NCBI RefSeq assembly: GCF_018350175.1
Contig: NC_058368.1
Coordinates: forward strand, 74,030,001-74,094,000
Source: Felis catus
Lineage: Eukaryota
Direction: 5' to 3'
DNA length: 64,000 nt
The notes beneath the pieces are model-generated. The model was not told the origin of the DNA. It made no database searches and saw nothing but the letters and a program-made list of their open reading frames with translations. A program made the position numbers and the translations under genes. Of the stretch, positions 26,501-38,063 are shown in pieces. Numbering within the stretch: the first letter of the stretch is position 1; each line of letters starts with the position of its first letter.

Positions 26501-26878
26501 AGCTTGTACACCAGTGTATCTTAAACTTGAGTAACATATGGGTGCCATTTCAAGGAGAATAGCTCTTAAGACTTCTATTGTTCACTTCAATTATTTTTAT
26601 CATATTCTTACATATGTACACATACGTAACAAAGAACAACCCCTTTCTATATAAATCTTTTACATAACCAAAACAAGTTGATGAGTTAAAAGTAAATAGA
26701 ATTATGAAACTATTACAATAGAACGTTGGAGAGAAGGTTTGAGTTGGCCATGCCTGCACTAACACCAACATGTGCTGTGGTAAGGGTGCAATTGACTCAC
26801 CATCTCTCTCTGTCTTTAAACCACAGAGAAACCACTCTGGGATGCCATTTTGGTTGAAGATGTTAAGTTTCCCTAGGG

Positions 26879-26883
<5 letters not shown>

Positions 26884-26921
<38 letters not shown>
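26884..26921. repeat. (TG)19 microsatellite
   Basis: Directly visible. Confidence 0.98.
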
Positions 26922-26922
<1 letters not shown>

Positions 26923-27134
26923 CACAACAATGAATGTGGTGCCACTGGTTGCTGAGGAGACTAAGCACTGACCACAGGGCAGGTGCTGAAATCTCATGGG
27001 CTGACTTCATCATCCTCAATATGCTTATATTTATGTTGGGTTATCACTGGAAAAATGGATAACTTGTAACTTCATAAAGAAGTCCAGGACCTCTGAGACC
27101 ATGACTGTGAAAATATCTTTGATAAATATTGCCA

Positions 27135-27790
27135 GAGTAATGAAGGGGCCGCTGAAGGGTTACAAACAAGGGAGAAATGTGGACAGATTTCCTTTTGGAA
27201 AGCACACTCTTGAGTTAGAAAACGTGAAACAGTCTACGCAAAAGATGATGACTAATTGCAACAGCCATGGGAATAGGGAGGAAAAGGCAGATTTGAGAGT
27301 GATAGAAGTATAATTGACAGGATTTGGTCTCAGATTGGATGTGGGAGGTAAGGGAAATTGAAAATTCAAAGATGGTTCTCAGATTTCTAGCATGGTTGCC
27401 TGGATAGCGGGGATACTATTGGCCGACAGAGAGATGCCTGGAGACAGAGTAGGCTGCGGGTGGAAAACAATGAGATTGGCTTTGGATATATTCCATCTGA
27501 AATGCAACAGCTGTGATGGAGTAGACAATCTGAAACATGAGAGTGGGGCTTAAGAGAGGAACTGGGCTGTGGTGGAGATGTGGTCATCATAGGCATAGCT
27601 GTGGTTGTCGTGGCTTTGGACTTGTACGAGATTCTTATGCGGAGAGCATAGGCAATTAGAATAAAGCCAAAGACGGCCACCCGGGTGACAGTGATACTTC
27701 AGGGTGTCAGACGGAAGAAGGAGAGCTCCTAAAGGAGACAACTGAGGGCCAGAGAGAGGAAGAGATCCAGGAGAGCAAGTGTCATTGGTG
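27135..27790 (-). mobile_element. L2 fragment
   Basis: gacaggatttggtctcagattggatgtggg; tcaaagatggttctcagatttctagc; typical reverse L2. Confidence 0.75.
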
Positions 27791-28639
27791 ACCATTGATG
27801 ACACTTGTGTTTTGCCTGATTTCTAAATGATTGTTTAATTATTTAAACTTGTAGGCTTCTAAATTATTGTTTTGTTTGGAGTATTCATTTCCATCTTAGT
27901 TGTCACTGTGAGCAGTTTAAGCCTAAACTGTTCCTTCTTCATAATCCAATATGTTTAGCAGACATTCATCTGTTTCTCGTTAATGTTTAACTCGTGGTCC
28001 TCTATGGACATCATGTTTTCTGCCATGCAAGTGTTTGAAAACATGGATTAAGTCAGGATACGTTGGTGTATTTGTTATGGTGCATTCTCCTAACAGAAGC
28101 ATGGCTACTTCCCTTTTACCTGATTCCCATTTTTGAGTGTCCTAAGAATCATCTCTAGGATATCTTCTCTATTAATATTAACTCTCATGGTGACCTGTAT
28201 GTTGTTGATTTCCAGACATCTTTCCCTGTCTCTGTCCCTATCTCTGTCCATATTTCTCTCTCTCTCTCTCTGTCTCTCTCTCATCTATCTCTATCTACCC
28301 ATCATCTATCATCCTAAGCTCCAAAATTGATATTCAGCTACTTGCCTGCACTCTTAACTTGGCTCCCCAGTAGACATAACAACTTTGGATTCTTCCAATT
28401 TCCAAATTTATTCATTCCTAAGTAGTGTGATTTGAGGAAGTAAAAAAGTTTGTCAGCAATCTTTTATCTTTTTCCTACACTCACCTTAAACGCTAAAAGG
28501 TCATCCAGTCAGCGCTACTAAGTGGTCCCTGTAACCATATCTAAGCACCTTTCTGGCCTCATTCTAGTCACGTGTCATAGTGCCTTGCGATTCTGTGCAG
28601 CATGGAATGTCAGAGGAAGGGATGTTTCCAGTATCTGGG

Positions 28640-28850
28640 AAGTATGGAGAGCAACGGACAGGTGTGGATGGTGGAATGGGACACATATGGGTTTGCGGCC
28701 TGCTTCTTACCAACATGGCTAGTCTCCAAACTGTTCTGAATCTTAGTTTTCTGACCTGAAACAGGGAAAGGATTATGCCACAGTTATAACGAGAAGTACG
28801 TGAAGGCAAATACGAACAACATCTAACACGGCTCAGATCTTAACACATAA
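28640..28850 (+). mobile_element. MIR fragment
   Basis: tctgaatcttagttttctgacctgaaacaggga core. Confidence 0.5.
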
Positions 28851-29319
28851 TCGCTTATGAAGCAAATTTCCTTTTCCATAGCCATCATCCCCACTTCCTT
28901 CTCATTTTACTGCAGAACTGATGAGAGTGTAACATATTATATGGCACAGATTGTGGTTAATAACATGATTTTCCCACCTCTACAATTTCTTACGTGAAAA
29001 TGAACTGGAAAGTCAGCCATCTAGGTCACGGAGAAAAGTTTGGAAAAAGACTGAACCCTGTCCAGGATATTCTACTGGTAATCTCTGTCAACCCTTGACA
29101 GGAGGCTCCAGCAGCCTTGAATATGGAGCGATTAAAGAATATACCAGAGAAACCTTTACTGGCGTTTCCTGTTCAGGTTACACAGAACTCTGTTACACTA
29201 TCCCTTTGATTTCAGTCCTGACTCTGACCTTGAAGCTGTCTATCCCAAACTACATACGAACTGGTCTCTTGCTTTTAGACTGACCGGGCCTAACTGGCCA
29301 CCATTTATACATGTCCAAC

Positions 29320-29522
29320 CAGAGACTGTCAAACTTTAGCCCTCAGGCCAAATTTGTGTAAACACGGCTTTTATCGGAACATGGTCACATCCACTTACTA
29401 TTATCTAAGGATGCTGGCAGACTACAACAGTTGAGTTAGTATTTGCCACAGAGACTAAATGGCGCTCAAAGTCTAATACGTTCGCCATTTGGCCTTTTAC
29501 AATAAAAGTTCCCAGACTCCTG
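29320..29522. mobile_element. hAT-Charlie MITE (MER58A-like)
   Basis: CAG..CTG termini; caggccaaat, ttttatcggaaca, tggccttttacaataaaagtt motifs. Confidence 0.75.
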
Positions 29523-30644
29523 TATTATACTATCGAATCCTTTGTGTTGCCAACTTTTTAGCAACAAAACATGTGTTGGGTACTTACAGGATGTCTGTCT
29601 CTGGACTAGACACTGACAAGAGGCAAGGGGCCAAAAATGCATCTGTCTTCAAGAGCACACAATCTAGATTAATAATTCCTAACCAACTGCTGTAGATGAC
29701 ATCGTATTACCCAACTTCTCTCACTAGTCTCTACACAGAGGGTAATGCTAAGGAAAGTAACAATAAACAGAAAGATGATCTGTATATAAGACTTTTCCCA
29801 CCCACCTAAAGTTTGTTCTGATTTGAGTCTCCCTTGCATGGGAATTTTAATCAAGGGAATAGTTCTTATTTATTTATTTTAATTTTCAGGAATCGTAGGA
29901 AGAATTCTTAAGGGAAAAAGAACCCCACAAAACACCCTCTCTTTTCCCCTGGTCCAGATTCTTGATTCCTGGCTCAACAGGACTCTGCTCTCTGGGTTAG
30001 GTTAGACTCTGAAATTTCAAAGCCATTTCTTGTTAAAGACAGTTTATCAGTTAAAAAAAAAAAAAGGTTTTTCTTTCCATGAAACCTTTCATGTTTCATT
30101 ATGAAGTCTCTAGGTTATATTGTGCGTCAAACACTGCTTATAAACGCTTTGAAATATGTAAAATGTTCTCTTTTGTTCAGCTATGATAGTAGCATACTGG
30201 AGATTATAAGTAAAAAATAGTAATTGGAAAGTGGGTGCATAGGTGGCTGAGTTCAAATAAAGCTTTTTCCCTAGTGAAAAAGATGTGTGTGAATGTTAAA
30301 TATCATGCAAATAGGGCTCAAGTTTGTGGGCATGTGTGTTCTTTTATTTACACTAACAGAGCAGAAAAGGATATGTTGATGGATCAGATCAACCCTCAAG
30401 GGACGTTTGTGACCAAATGTGTGTGTGTGTGTGGGGGGGAGGTGGGTGTGGGTGTGTGGGTGTGTATGCATGTATGCAATGACACTACAACCTACTATTT
30501 TCAAACTACTTGCCATAGTTGTCCAAACCTTGAGTTTATAGCAACAAATAAAAATTTATTTTTCCCCCCAACTTGATTTAAGTTATCATTACTCAATTTA
30601 TTTGTGAATAAAAATTTTAGTGTGCATTGAAAAAAAATAGGAGA

Positions 30645-30862
30645 GGGGCGCCTGGGTGGCTCAGTCGGTTGAGCGTCTGACTTCAGCTCAGGTCACGATC
30701 TCGCAGTCCGTGAGTTCGAGCCCCACGTCAGGCTCTGGGCTGATGGCTCGGAGCCTGGAGCCTGCTTCCGATTCTGTGTCTCCCTCTCTCTCTGCCCCTC
30801 CCCCGTTCATGCTCTGTCTCTCTCTGTCTCAAAAATAAATAAAAAAAAGTTAAAAGAAAAAG
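30645..30862 (+). mobile_element. Young felid Can-SINE
   Basis: Near-consensus body; exact TSD aaaaaataggaga at 30632-30644 and 30863-30875. Confidence 0.97.
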
Positions 30863-31233
30863 AAAAAATAGGAGAAAACATAAATTATATTCAAAACAGG
30901 GCATTTTATATTTTTGCACACTTATTAAAATATGTGAGAGGTCTTTCGTAAATTAAATATATGAGGGTATTATCTGATTCCATCTTATTTTTTCCCTCAG
31001 ATTTATTCATTATCATTCCTTTTTTTTCTTTACCAAAAATGAGAGATTTCTTATCTTCAGTTTCACCTTGAAATATTTTATCATCATCATCATTACTATT
31101 TTTACTTTCACAATTCAAGTTTCTAATCTGTAAAAAAGTAAGTTAATGCTAGCATTCCACTCTGTGCTAATGTTCTACCTTGACTGTAGAGAAAAACCTG
31201 AGATGGGCACACATTTAAAAAGGGGATGGGGTG

Positions 31234-31437
31234 GGGGCGCCTCGGTGGCTCAGTCAGTTGAGCATCCGGCTTTGGCTCAGGTCATGATCTCACCATTGGT
31301 GAGTTCTAGCCCCACATCGGTCTCTTGCTGTCAGCGCGGAGCCAGCTTTGGATCTTCTGTCCCCCTCTCTCTCTGACCCTCCGCTGCTCACATACTCTCT
31401 CTCTCTCTCAAAAATAAGTAAACATTAAAGAAGAAGT
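31234..31437 (+). mobile_element. Can-SINE
   Basis: GGGGCGCCTCGGTGGCTCAG head, (CT)n, A-rich tail. Confidence 0.93.
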
Positions 31438-31829
31438 TTTAAAAAAGGGGGGGTTTGGAATGGGGCAATGAAGCCCGAGTGAAAAACAACTTCCCACCTT
31501 CTCTGAATCCTGTGCATCCACTGCATTGTCTGTCTGTCTCTGACCTCTCAGAACTTCGGGCACTTTCTCTCCATAGCTCTGTGCCCCAGTCTTATGTAGC
31601 CGAGCTTCCTGTGCTGGCTACAGGGGCCCCTTCTGTGTCCTCCCCAAGTCTAGTGAGTTGCAAAGCCGTCCTCCCAGCTTCATCTCCCTCCTGACCTTGT
31701 CATATCCTCCTGAGGATACAGAGCTTTTCTCTGTGCCCCTCTTTCTACACATATGCTCCTCTTCTACTCCTCCCCTCCATTCTTTGCCGAATCTCAGTGA
31801 TTATGGTGATGCTAATGATTATGGCAGAC

Positions 31830-32050
31830 ATGGCTGCTATCTATGGAGTGCACACTAGGTCCCAGGCAGTGTGATGAATGACTGACATTCACAAAACTCT
31901 TTTAACCTCACAATTTTCCAGCAAGATATTAAAACCCCATTTATACTTAAGGAGCCTAAGACTGAGAAAAGGGTTATTCTCAACTTGGCTATGAAGTTGA
32001 TTTTCAGATCTCATCTGTCTTGGTTCTGGGCTCATGCCGTACCTTAGCCC
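31830..32050 (-). mobile_element. MIR fragment
   Basis: tttaacctcacaa...ccccatttatacttaaggagcctaagact. Confidence 0.45.
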
Positions 32051-32689
32051 TGTGTTGTAATGTTTCTCTCCCTGCCTCAACCTCTTCCTTCGACTCTGCT
32101 GTGTTCACTCCCAGTTTTGTACCTGCTCCTCTGCTATCTGCTATCTACATCTATTTTCACCGTCCTGAGAAACCTCGCTGTTCCTCTGTTTGTGACCTTC
32201 TTCACCTTCTATAAAAACTCGCCACCGAAGGCGTCGTCTTTCGCGTGCATTTGTGGTTCTTTCTGACCTGGCTGCCTAGTTACTCTAGGGCGGCTTGGTG
32301 ACGAAGCCATCCTCGGTGCCAATGGAGAGACGAACAAAAAGTATAAAATACGTCCCTCAATCCTGGAATAGGGAAACAAGATCTTCCCAAGAAATGTAGA
32401 CCAGATACATGAAGGGAATCTCGTCCTAAGGAGTTTGGGCATTTACTTCTAAGCTCAAATGGAGATATTATTTTTGATTTTCACCCCCTTTTAAATTGTC
32501 TGCTTTACTGAACTACAGTTTTCCTCTAACCTTCCTACATTTTACTTTTCTGACTCTATTCCTTCCCTCCTGATTATTCATCCTAGCAGCTTTTGTCTTC
32601 TCTGTGCTTCTGTTTAGTTCTCCCAAAGCTTTGTTCTGAGTCATTTTCTCTTGCATTTCAGGATTTTTCTTTGCCTTGTTACCATTCTT

Positions 32690-32916
32690 TTTTTTTTTGT
32701 TTTAATTTTTTAAATGTTTATTCATTTTTGAAAGACAGAGAGACAGAGCACAAGCAGGGGTGGGGCGGAGAGAAAGGGGGAGACAGAATCTGAAGCAGGC
32801 TCCAGGCTCTGAGCTGTCAGTACCAGAGCCTGACCTGGGGCTCGAACTCACAAACCGCGAGATCATGACCTGAGCTGAAGTCGGACGCTCAACCGACTGA
32901 GCCATCCAGGCGCCCC
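32690..32916 (-). mobile_element. Can-SINE (felid type)
   Basis: SINE body; TSD ccttgttac(tac)cattctt. Confidence 0.96.
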
Positions 32917-33500
32917 TTCCTTGTTACTACCATTCTTAAGTAGTTTACACTCACTAATCCTAGCCCTCAAAAACAATACTCCATTTTATGGATGAGGAGA
33001 AACTTTTACAGAATAATTGGTAGAACTGAGACTCAATCTAGCTTGCAATGTTCCTACATCACAACCTCGGTTTTTAAAATAAATATATATATTTTTCTAT
33101 ACTAATTATTTTGTCTGGCTTCCTGACGCCTTGAGAGTCTTTCAAGCAAATTACGTTGGAAGCAATTTGGTTTGGTTTAGTTTGATGATTTCATTTGAAG
33201 AGATGAAGGACAAAACTAGAACCCGGAAGCCAACAATGAGGTGATTGCCAAACTGCAGGAGTGTTATTCCAGAACAAATAAACAACTGTCTTAATTCGCA
33301 CAATATCTACGGACCTATTGTTATTACCTTCAGCAGAGTCTTCCAACTGATATGAACAATTGATTTCCTAACTCCGTTTTAAAGTCGTGGGTAGTGGATC
33401 TTTTCATTTAAACTGCTCTTTGTGTAGACTCAATGATATATCAAAAAAAAAAAATCTCTAAATGAAGGGGGAAGGATAAGGCACATGGGCAATCTTTACA

Positions 33501-33539
33501 TTATGTTATGTTATGTTATGTTATGTTATGTTATGTTAT
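33501..33539. repeat. (TTATG)7 microsatellite
   Basis: Directly visible. Confidence 0.97.
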
Positions 33540-35613
33540 TTTTTTCCCATAAGCATAAGATCATGGTCAGCCAGATAATTTCTTCAATTTTTTTTCACTC
33601 TATTGTCTGGTTCACCTGGCAGTTTGCAATCTCATGGGTAGGATGGGGAGGTAAGAGCAGGAGGAAAAATATTTGGTCCCCTCTTTCTATAAATTTAAGC
33701 CCATTTCCTCTTGTCTTTTCTCAGGGGTAAGCTTATATTTCCATTTTAAATATGAGCTCCCAAAGGGCATTAACCAGGCAATTTTTACTTAACTGCGTTT
33801 TATTTTCTTCTGTATGATGCTGTGTTCACATAACTGATCTACAGTTCTAGAGAGAAAATGACGAAAACTGCATTCCAGTGACTATAAGCTAATATTTTAT
33901 GGACCACTGTAATGAAAGTTTTGACCACTATTGTAAATCATACCTAGAACATACATAACTCACGGTCTGTATTGACAATACTGTGAATATATTGTACAAC
34001 ACTAGGCAATTGACTTGAACTCTCTTAATTGGGGTTTGGTGATAATTAGGCAGAGCAGGATAATATTTAGCACTGCACTGTGTATGAAATGAGCACATTT
34101 ATAGCTAAGAAATTGATAACATAAACAAAAGCAGGGAGTCATGTTTTAGCTCTCGGTGAAAACAGTCTCATAGAAGTAGATTATACTGTTGTAAACTCAT
34201 GCTATTGACCACAGAAATGTATTTTAAAACATGGAAAATTTCATTTTGAATTTGAATCCTAAAAGCGCAGTATTGATAATAAGTGAAAGTAATTAAAATC
34301 TATTTCTTTATCAATTACCTGTTATAAAAACACGAATTTAAAGTCACTTTCCTATGACTTAGTGTAAATTAGTAAGAGCATACGTATTATTTCTTTTTCC
34401 CCCCGTTTTCCTTCCTTCTTTTATTCCTTTTTGGGTCTCTTCTTTTCCTCTTTTCCTTTGCTATAAAAGGCATTACAAACTAAATATATCTTAATATATC
34501 AGGTGGCTTCCTTTTGCAAAGCTCTGAAACTAGATGGTAGGGCAGTTTGGACAAATACCTCCATTAACAGATCATCTCTGATCGAGGGAAAGTATCTTCA
34601 CTTATTTCTTTCGCTCCTAATTTTCAAATGGAAGGGCAATTCATTTTGGTTTCCCGGCGTAGCTCAGTGGAAGACATCTTCCGCTCTGGTTTAGGACTTT
34701 TCTGCTTCCCCAACCCTGGGAGGTTCAAAAGTTACCTTCACTGATTAACAGAGAAATGAGTAAATGTGTGCCTGGAGAGATGGGGTGGTGGAATACCTTT
34801 TAAATGAATTCTGATTTTATTAAATTCATTTGCATAATTGAAGAATGCATGAGGGTTGCATAAAAGTGCTGAATACTTTTTTAAGTTTTCCATCTCCGTA
34901 CGCTGTGTAATTTTGTGGCTATGAATGTTTAATAGATTCTCCCTGTCCCCCCCCATCCCCCCCCTCCCTCGCCCACCACCTTCTTTTAATTGATGGTTCT
35001 AATTCATTTGTACTAAGTTAAGCCTCAGGAGATGAAAATAGCAGGGAATGCCCAGATGCCCTTTTCTGGGCAGATTCTTAAGAGAGAATCATCTGTTTTT
35101 GAGGAAAATGCCTCTTTTTCTCCTTGGATGCCACCAGCAACGCCCGTATTGTGCACGTTTAGAAGGTCAGCCCAGCTGGCAAGCTTATTTCGTTGACTCC
35201 TGGGGATTGGACACCCTGGAGCCTCACCACGGCAGAGCATTTTTATGAGGCTCGTGTGTGTTGGAAACAGGATAGATAACGAACTCTTTTATCATTTGCT
35301 TCTTGCTGACCAAAGGCTGCGTTTTCATGTGATATTATCATATCTTTGTCTATGAATAAACTTGGGCTGTCACACAGAGGATTTCTCTCCACCATCAGAA
35401 ATTCTAAAAGGCAAAAAAAAAAAAGGCCAAATTTGGGCATCCGAGGTAAATAAGAAACTGCAAAACAGCTGGCGTTTCTTGGCATGTGCCAACGAAGCCC
35501 AGATTCATGCTTGTGCTTCACGTCCAACCACGAAGACAGCGTTCAATGTTCCCACATCCAGCCATCCCCTGCAAAATACCCCAAGTAGCCAAGTTATTCT
35601 GATTGTTACTCTC

Positions 35614-35974
35614 TGCAATGGACTCAATGTTTGTCTTCCCCCTCCTCCTGCATTCATATGCCCAAACCCCAATCTCAGTGTGATGGTATTTGGAGGTGAA
35701 GCCTTGGGAGATAATTAGGTCATGAGAGTGAAGTGCTCACAAAAGAGATTAGTAAGTACCCTTGAAGAAGGGACCAGAGAGCTAGCTGGCTACCTCTGGG
35801 CCATGGGAGGATGCAATGAGAAAGGAGCCATCTGCTAACCAGGAAGTGGACCCTCACCAGACACTGAATCTGCCTTGTGCCTTGACCTTGGACTTCCCAG
35901 CTTCCAGAACCTTTGTCAGAAATGAATATCGTTTAAGTCTATGGTATTTTGGCATAGCGGCCAAAATGAAGACA
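35614..35974 (+). mobile_element. MaLR solo LTR (MLT1A-like)
   Basis: TG...CA termini; exact 5-bp TSD ctctc (35609-13, 35975-79); ccttgaccttggacttcccagc motif. Confidence 0.92.
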
Positions 35975-36934
35975 CTCTCTACTCCACATAAACGTCTCAG
36001 GAGTAATGCTAGGCTCTGTGTCAACTAATGCTCATAGTTATTTAAAAAATATATTTATATTATTATACATATTAATATATTATTACTATCCTATATATTA
36101 AAGATATCGTTATATTTTAACAAAGGCAGTCTCCATGAGGTTGTAGCCGGGGCACAGGTGTCGGAGTTGAGAAAATTTAGCTTGCCCTACTGCTCTCTCA
36201 CTACTGGTGACGGGTCAAGGTGAGTCATTTGTTGCCCTACTTTCATCATTTATATGGTGCCTCATTAATCATCATCATCACAACAACAAAAGCAACAACT
36301 GTTTATCCAATGTGCTGATTGCTGGGCTGAACACTTCATTTGCATCATCTCTGAATCTGAGAGCCACCTGCAGGCTAATATTTTGATCGAAGTCTCAACA
36401 ATGTGGTCAGACTGCACAGCGATTGTACAGCCACACTACCTGCACCGTAATTGAGGAGATAACATTTGTGAAAGCACCGTGCATAGCGTTTGGCTTACAG
36501 TGTTTGCCTACAATGAACAAAGGAGCATGTCATTCTCGGGAGGAAAGAGGGAAAGACCATGGGTGGCTTTCTGGATTCTTCCTTGGGGATCTGCCTTTCC
36601 CCAGCCTCTGAATCTCTCCAGGACTGCTGAAGAAGTAATTCAATTTTACAAACGTATCTGTCCTCACTCTTCTTTTCTCCACGAGAAAAGAATGCGTGGG
36701 TGGTTCTTGCAGCCAAGGTTTTGATCTCTTGTGTCTCCCCTAGTTCTCTGGAGCAGGGGAGAGCATCAGTAGTATTTGAAGATTTCTTTCCAAGAGAATT
36801 GTGTAGTCTTGGCACTTATTTGCGGCAGACCAAAGGAAATGCAACAGGGAAGGAGTCTATTCCCTAATCCCTACAGCCTGGTGAAGGCAGCTCCAGGTTT
36901 TCTGGATCTTTCTGCAATTTCAGCCGTGCTTTCC

Positions 36935-37020
36935 AAAGAAATGGAGGGACTCTTGGGTAAATTTCAAAATGCAGATTCTAGGGCCCTTCCCCGGGCCTCC
37001 TTGAGCCGAATCTCCAGAAG
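36935..37020. mobile_element. MER5-like hAT fragment
   Basis: aaaatgcagattctagggccc...gaatctc. Confidence 0.45.
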
Positions 37021-38063
37021 CCATCGGGCTGCCTTTGTATAAGGTCCCTTGGTGTCTCTCTGTCTCTCTTTCTCTCTCTCTCTCTCTTGCAGTTAAGACC
37101 CACTCCTTCTGGCTCTGAGGTGCTAGTGGGAGGCTCACCTGTTCGTGGGACAGATGAGACTGAATGATTTGCAGGAAATTTCACCTGTTTGGCTTGAAGT
37201 CTGGCCTTGGCTTTCTTTGGGTGTGGGCTCTAACAGTTCTGCGGGCAGATTCCATTTCTGGTGGAGGTGAGTGATGATGGAATTTTCTCTACACGCATGC
37301 CCCTTATCCCATCCGCTTCCAGCCGCAACGCGTGCCGGAGAGAGTTGAACGTTCTCTCGTTCCTTTCTGCTGTTATGTGATGCTGCTCGCTTATACCTTG
37401 ATCTTTGTGTTATTTGAAGGCAGCGCTGACCGGGAGAGTTGTTAAAAAAAAATCTAGTCAGAGTTTTGATGCAGATATTTCCTGCTCGTTTGAAAACTCA
37501 CAACAATTATTACTAAAAGGATAAGGCCATGCCAGAGAGTGTTACTTATGAAATCCCTTTGAAATGAGATCACTACAAAAGAGAAAGAAAGAAAGAAAAA
37601 AAGAAGTCTCATGAAGTTGATCTGATTATCAGTCAAACAAATGCACCAAGCTTTTCTCGTGTTGTGTCTGCTTTTGATATTTGTGGTTGTTCCTTGCTCA
37701 CTCTGCTAAGGGCATATCTGATAAGATTAAGGTCAGGCTTTCCATTTGCCTCTGTCACTGATAAATGAGAAATTCTGTCCTTTGTATTTGGGCTTGTATT
37801 GTGTATTATAAAACTATACTGCTTTCATTTAGCACCTATTTGAATATGTTTAACTTATCACCTTTGAAAGTCATTCCTTAGGAACAGATCTTTTTACGTT
37901 AGTGGTTCCTTTGGGTTCTATTTAAGATCTCATTCTAGTTTGTAATGGTGCAGTCTTTTTATCTCTAGTTCGTTTCTATTTCTCATGGCATACAGGCAGT
38001 GGACTCTTCATATGTTCACACATAACATCGGGGGCATTTTCAATACTAGAGAGAGATTTTTCT

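Noticed and set aside
26550..26945. Longest ORF in the track (131 aa)
   Set aside because: Contains (CA)n-derived HT repeats and has no domain similarity; part may be a CR1/L3 relic, too weak to call.
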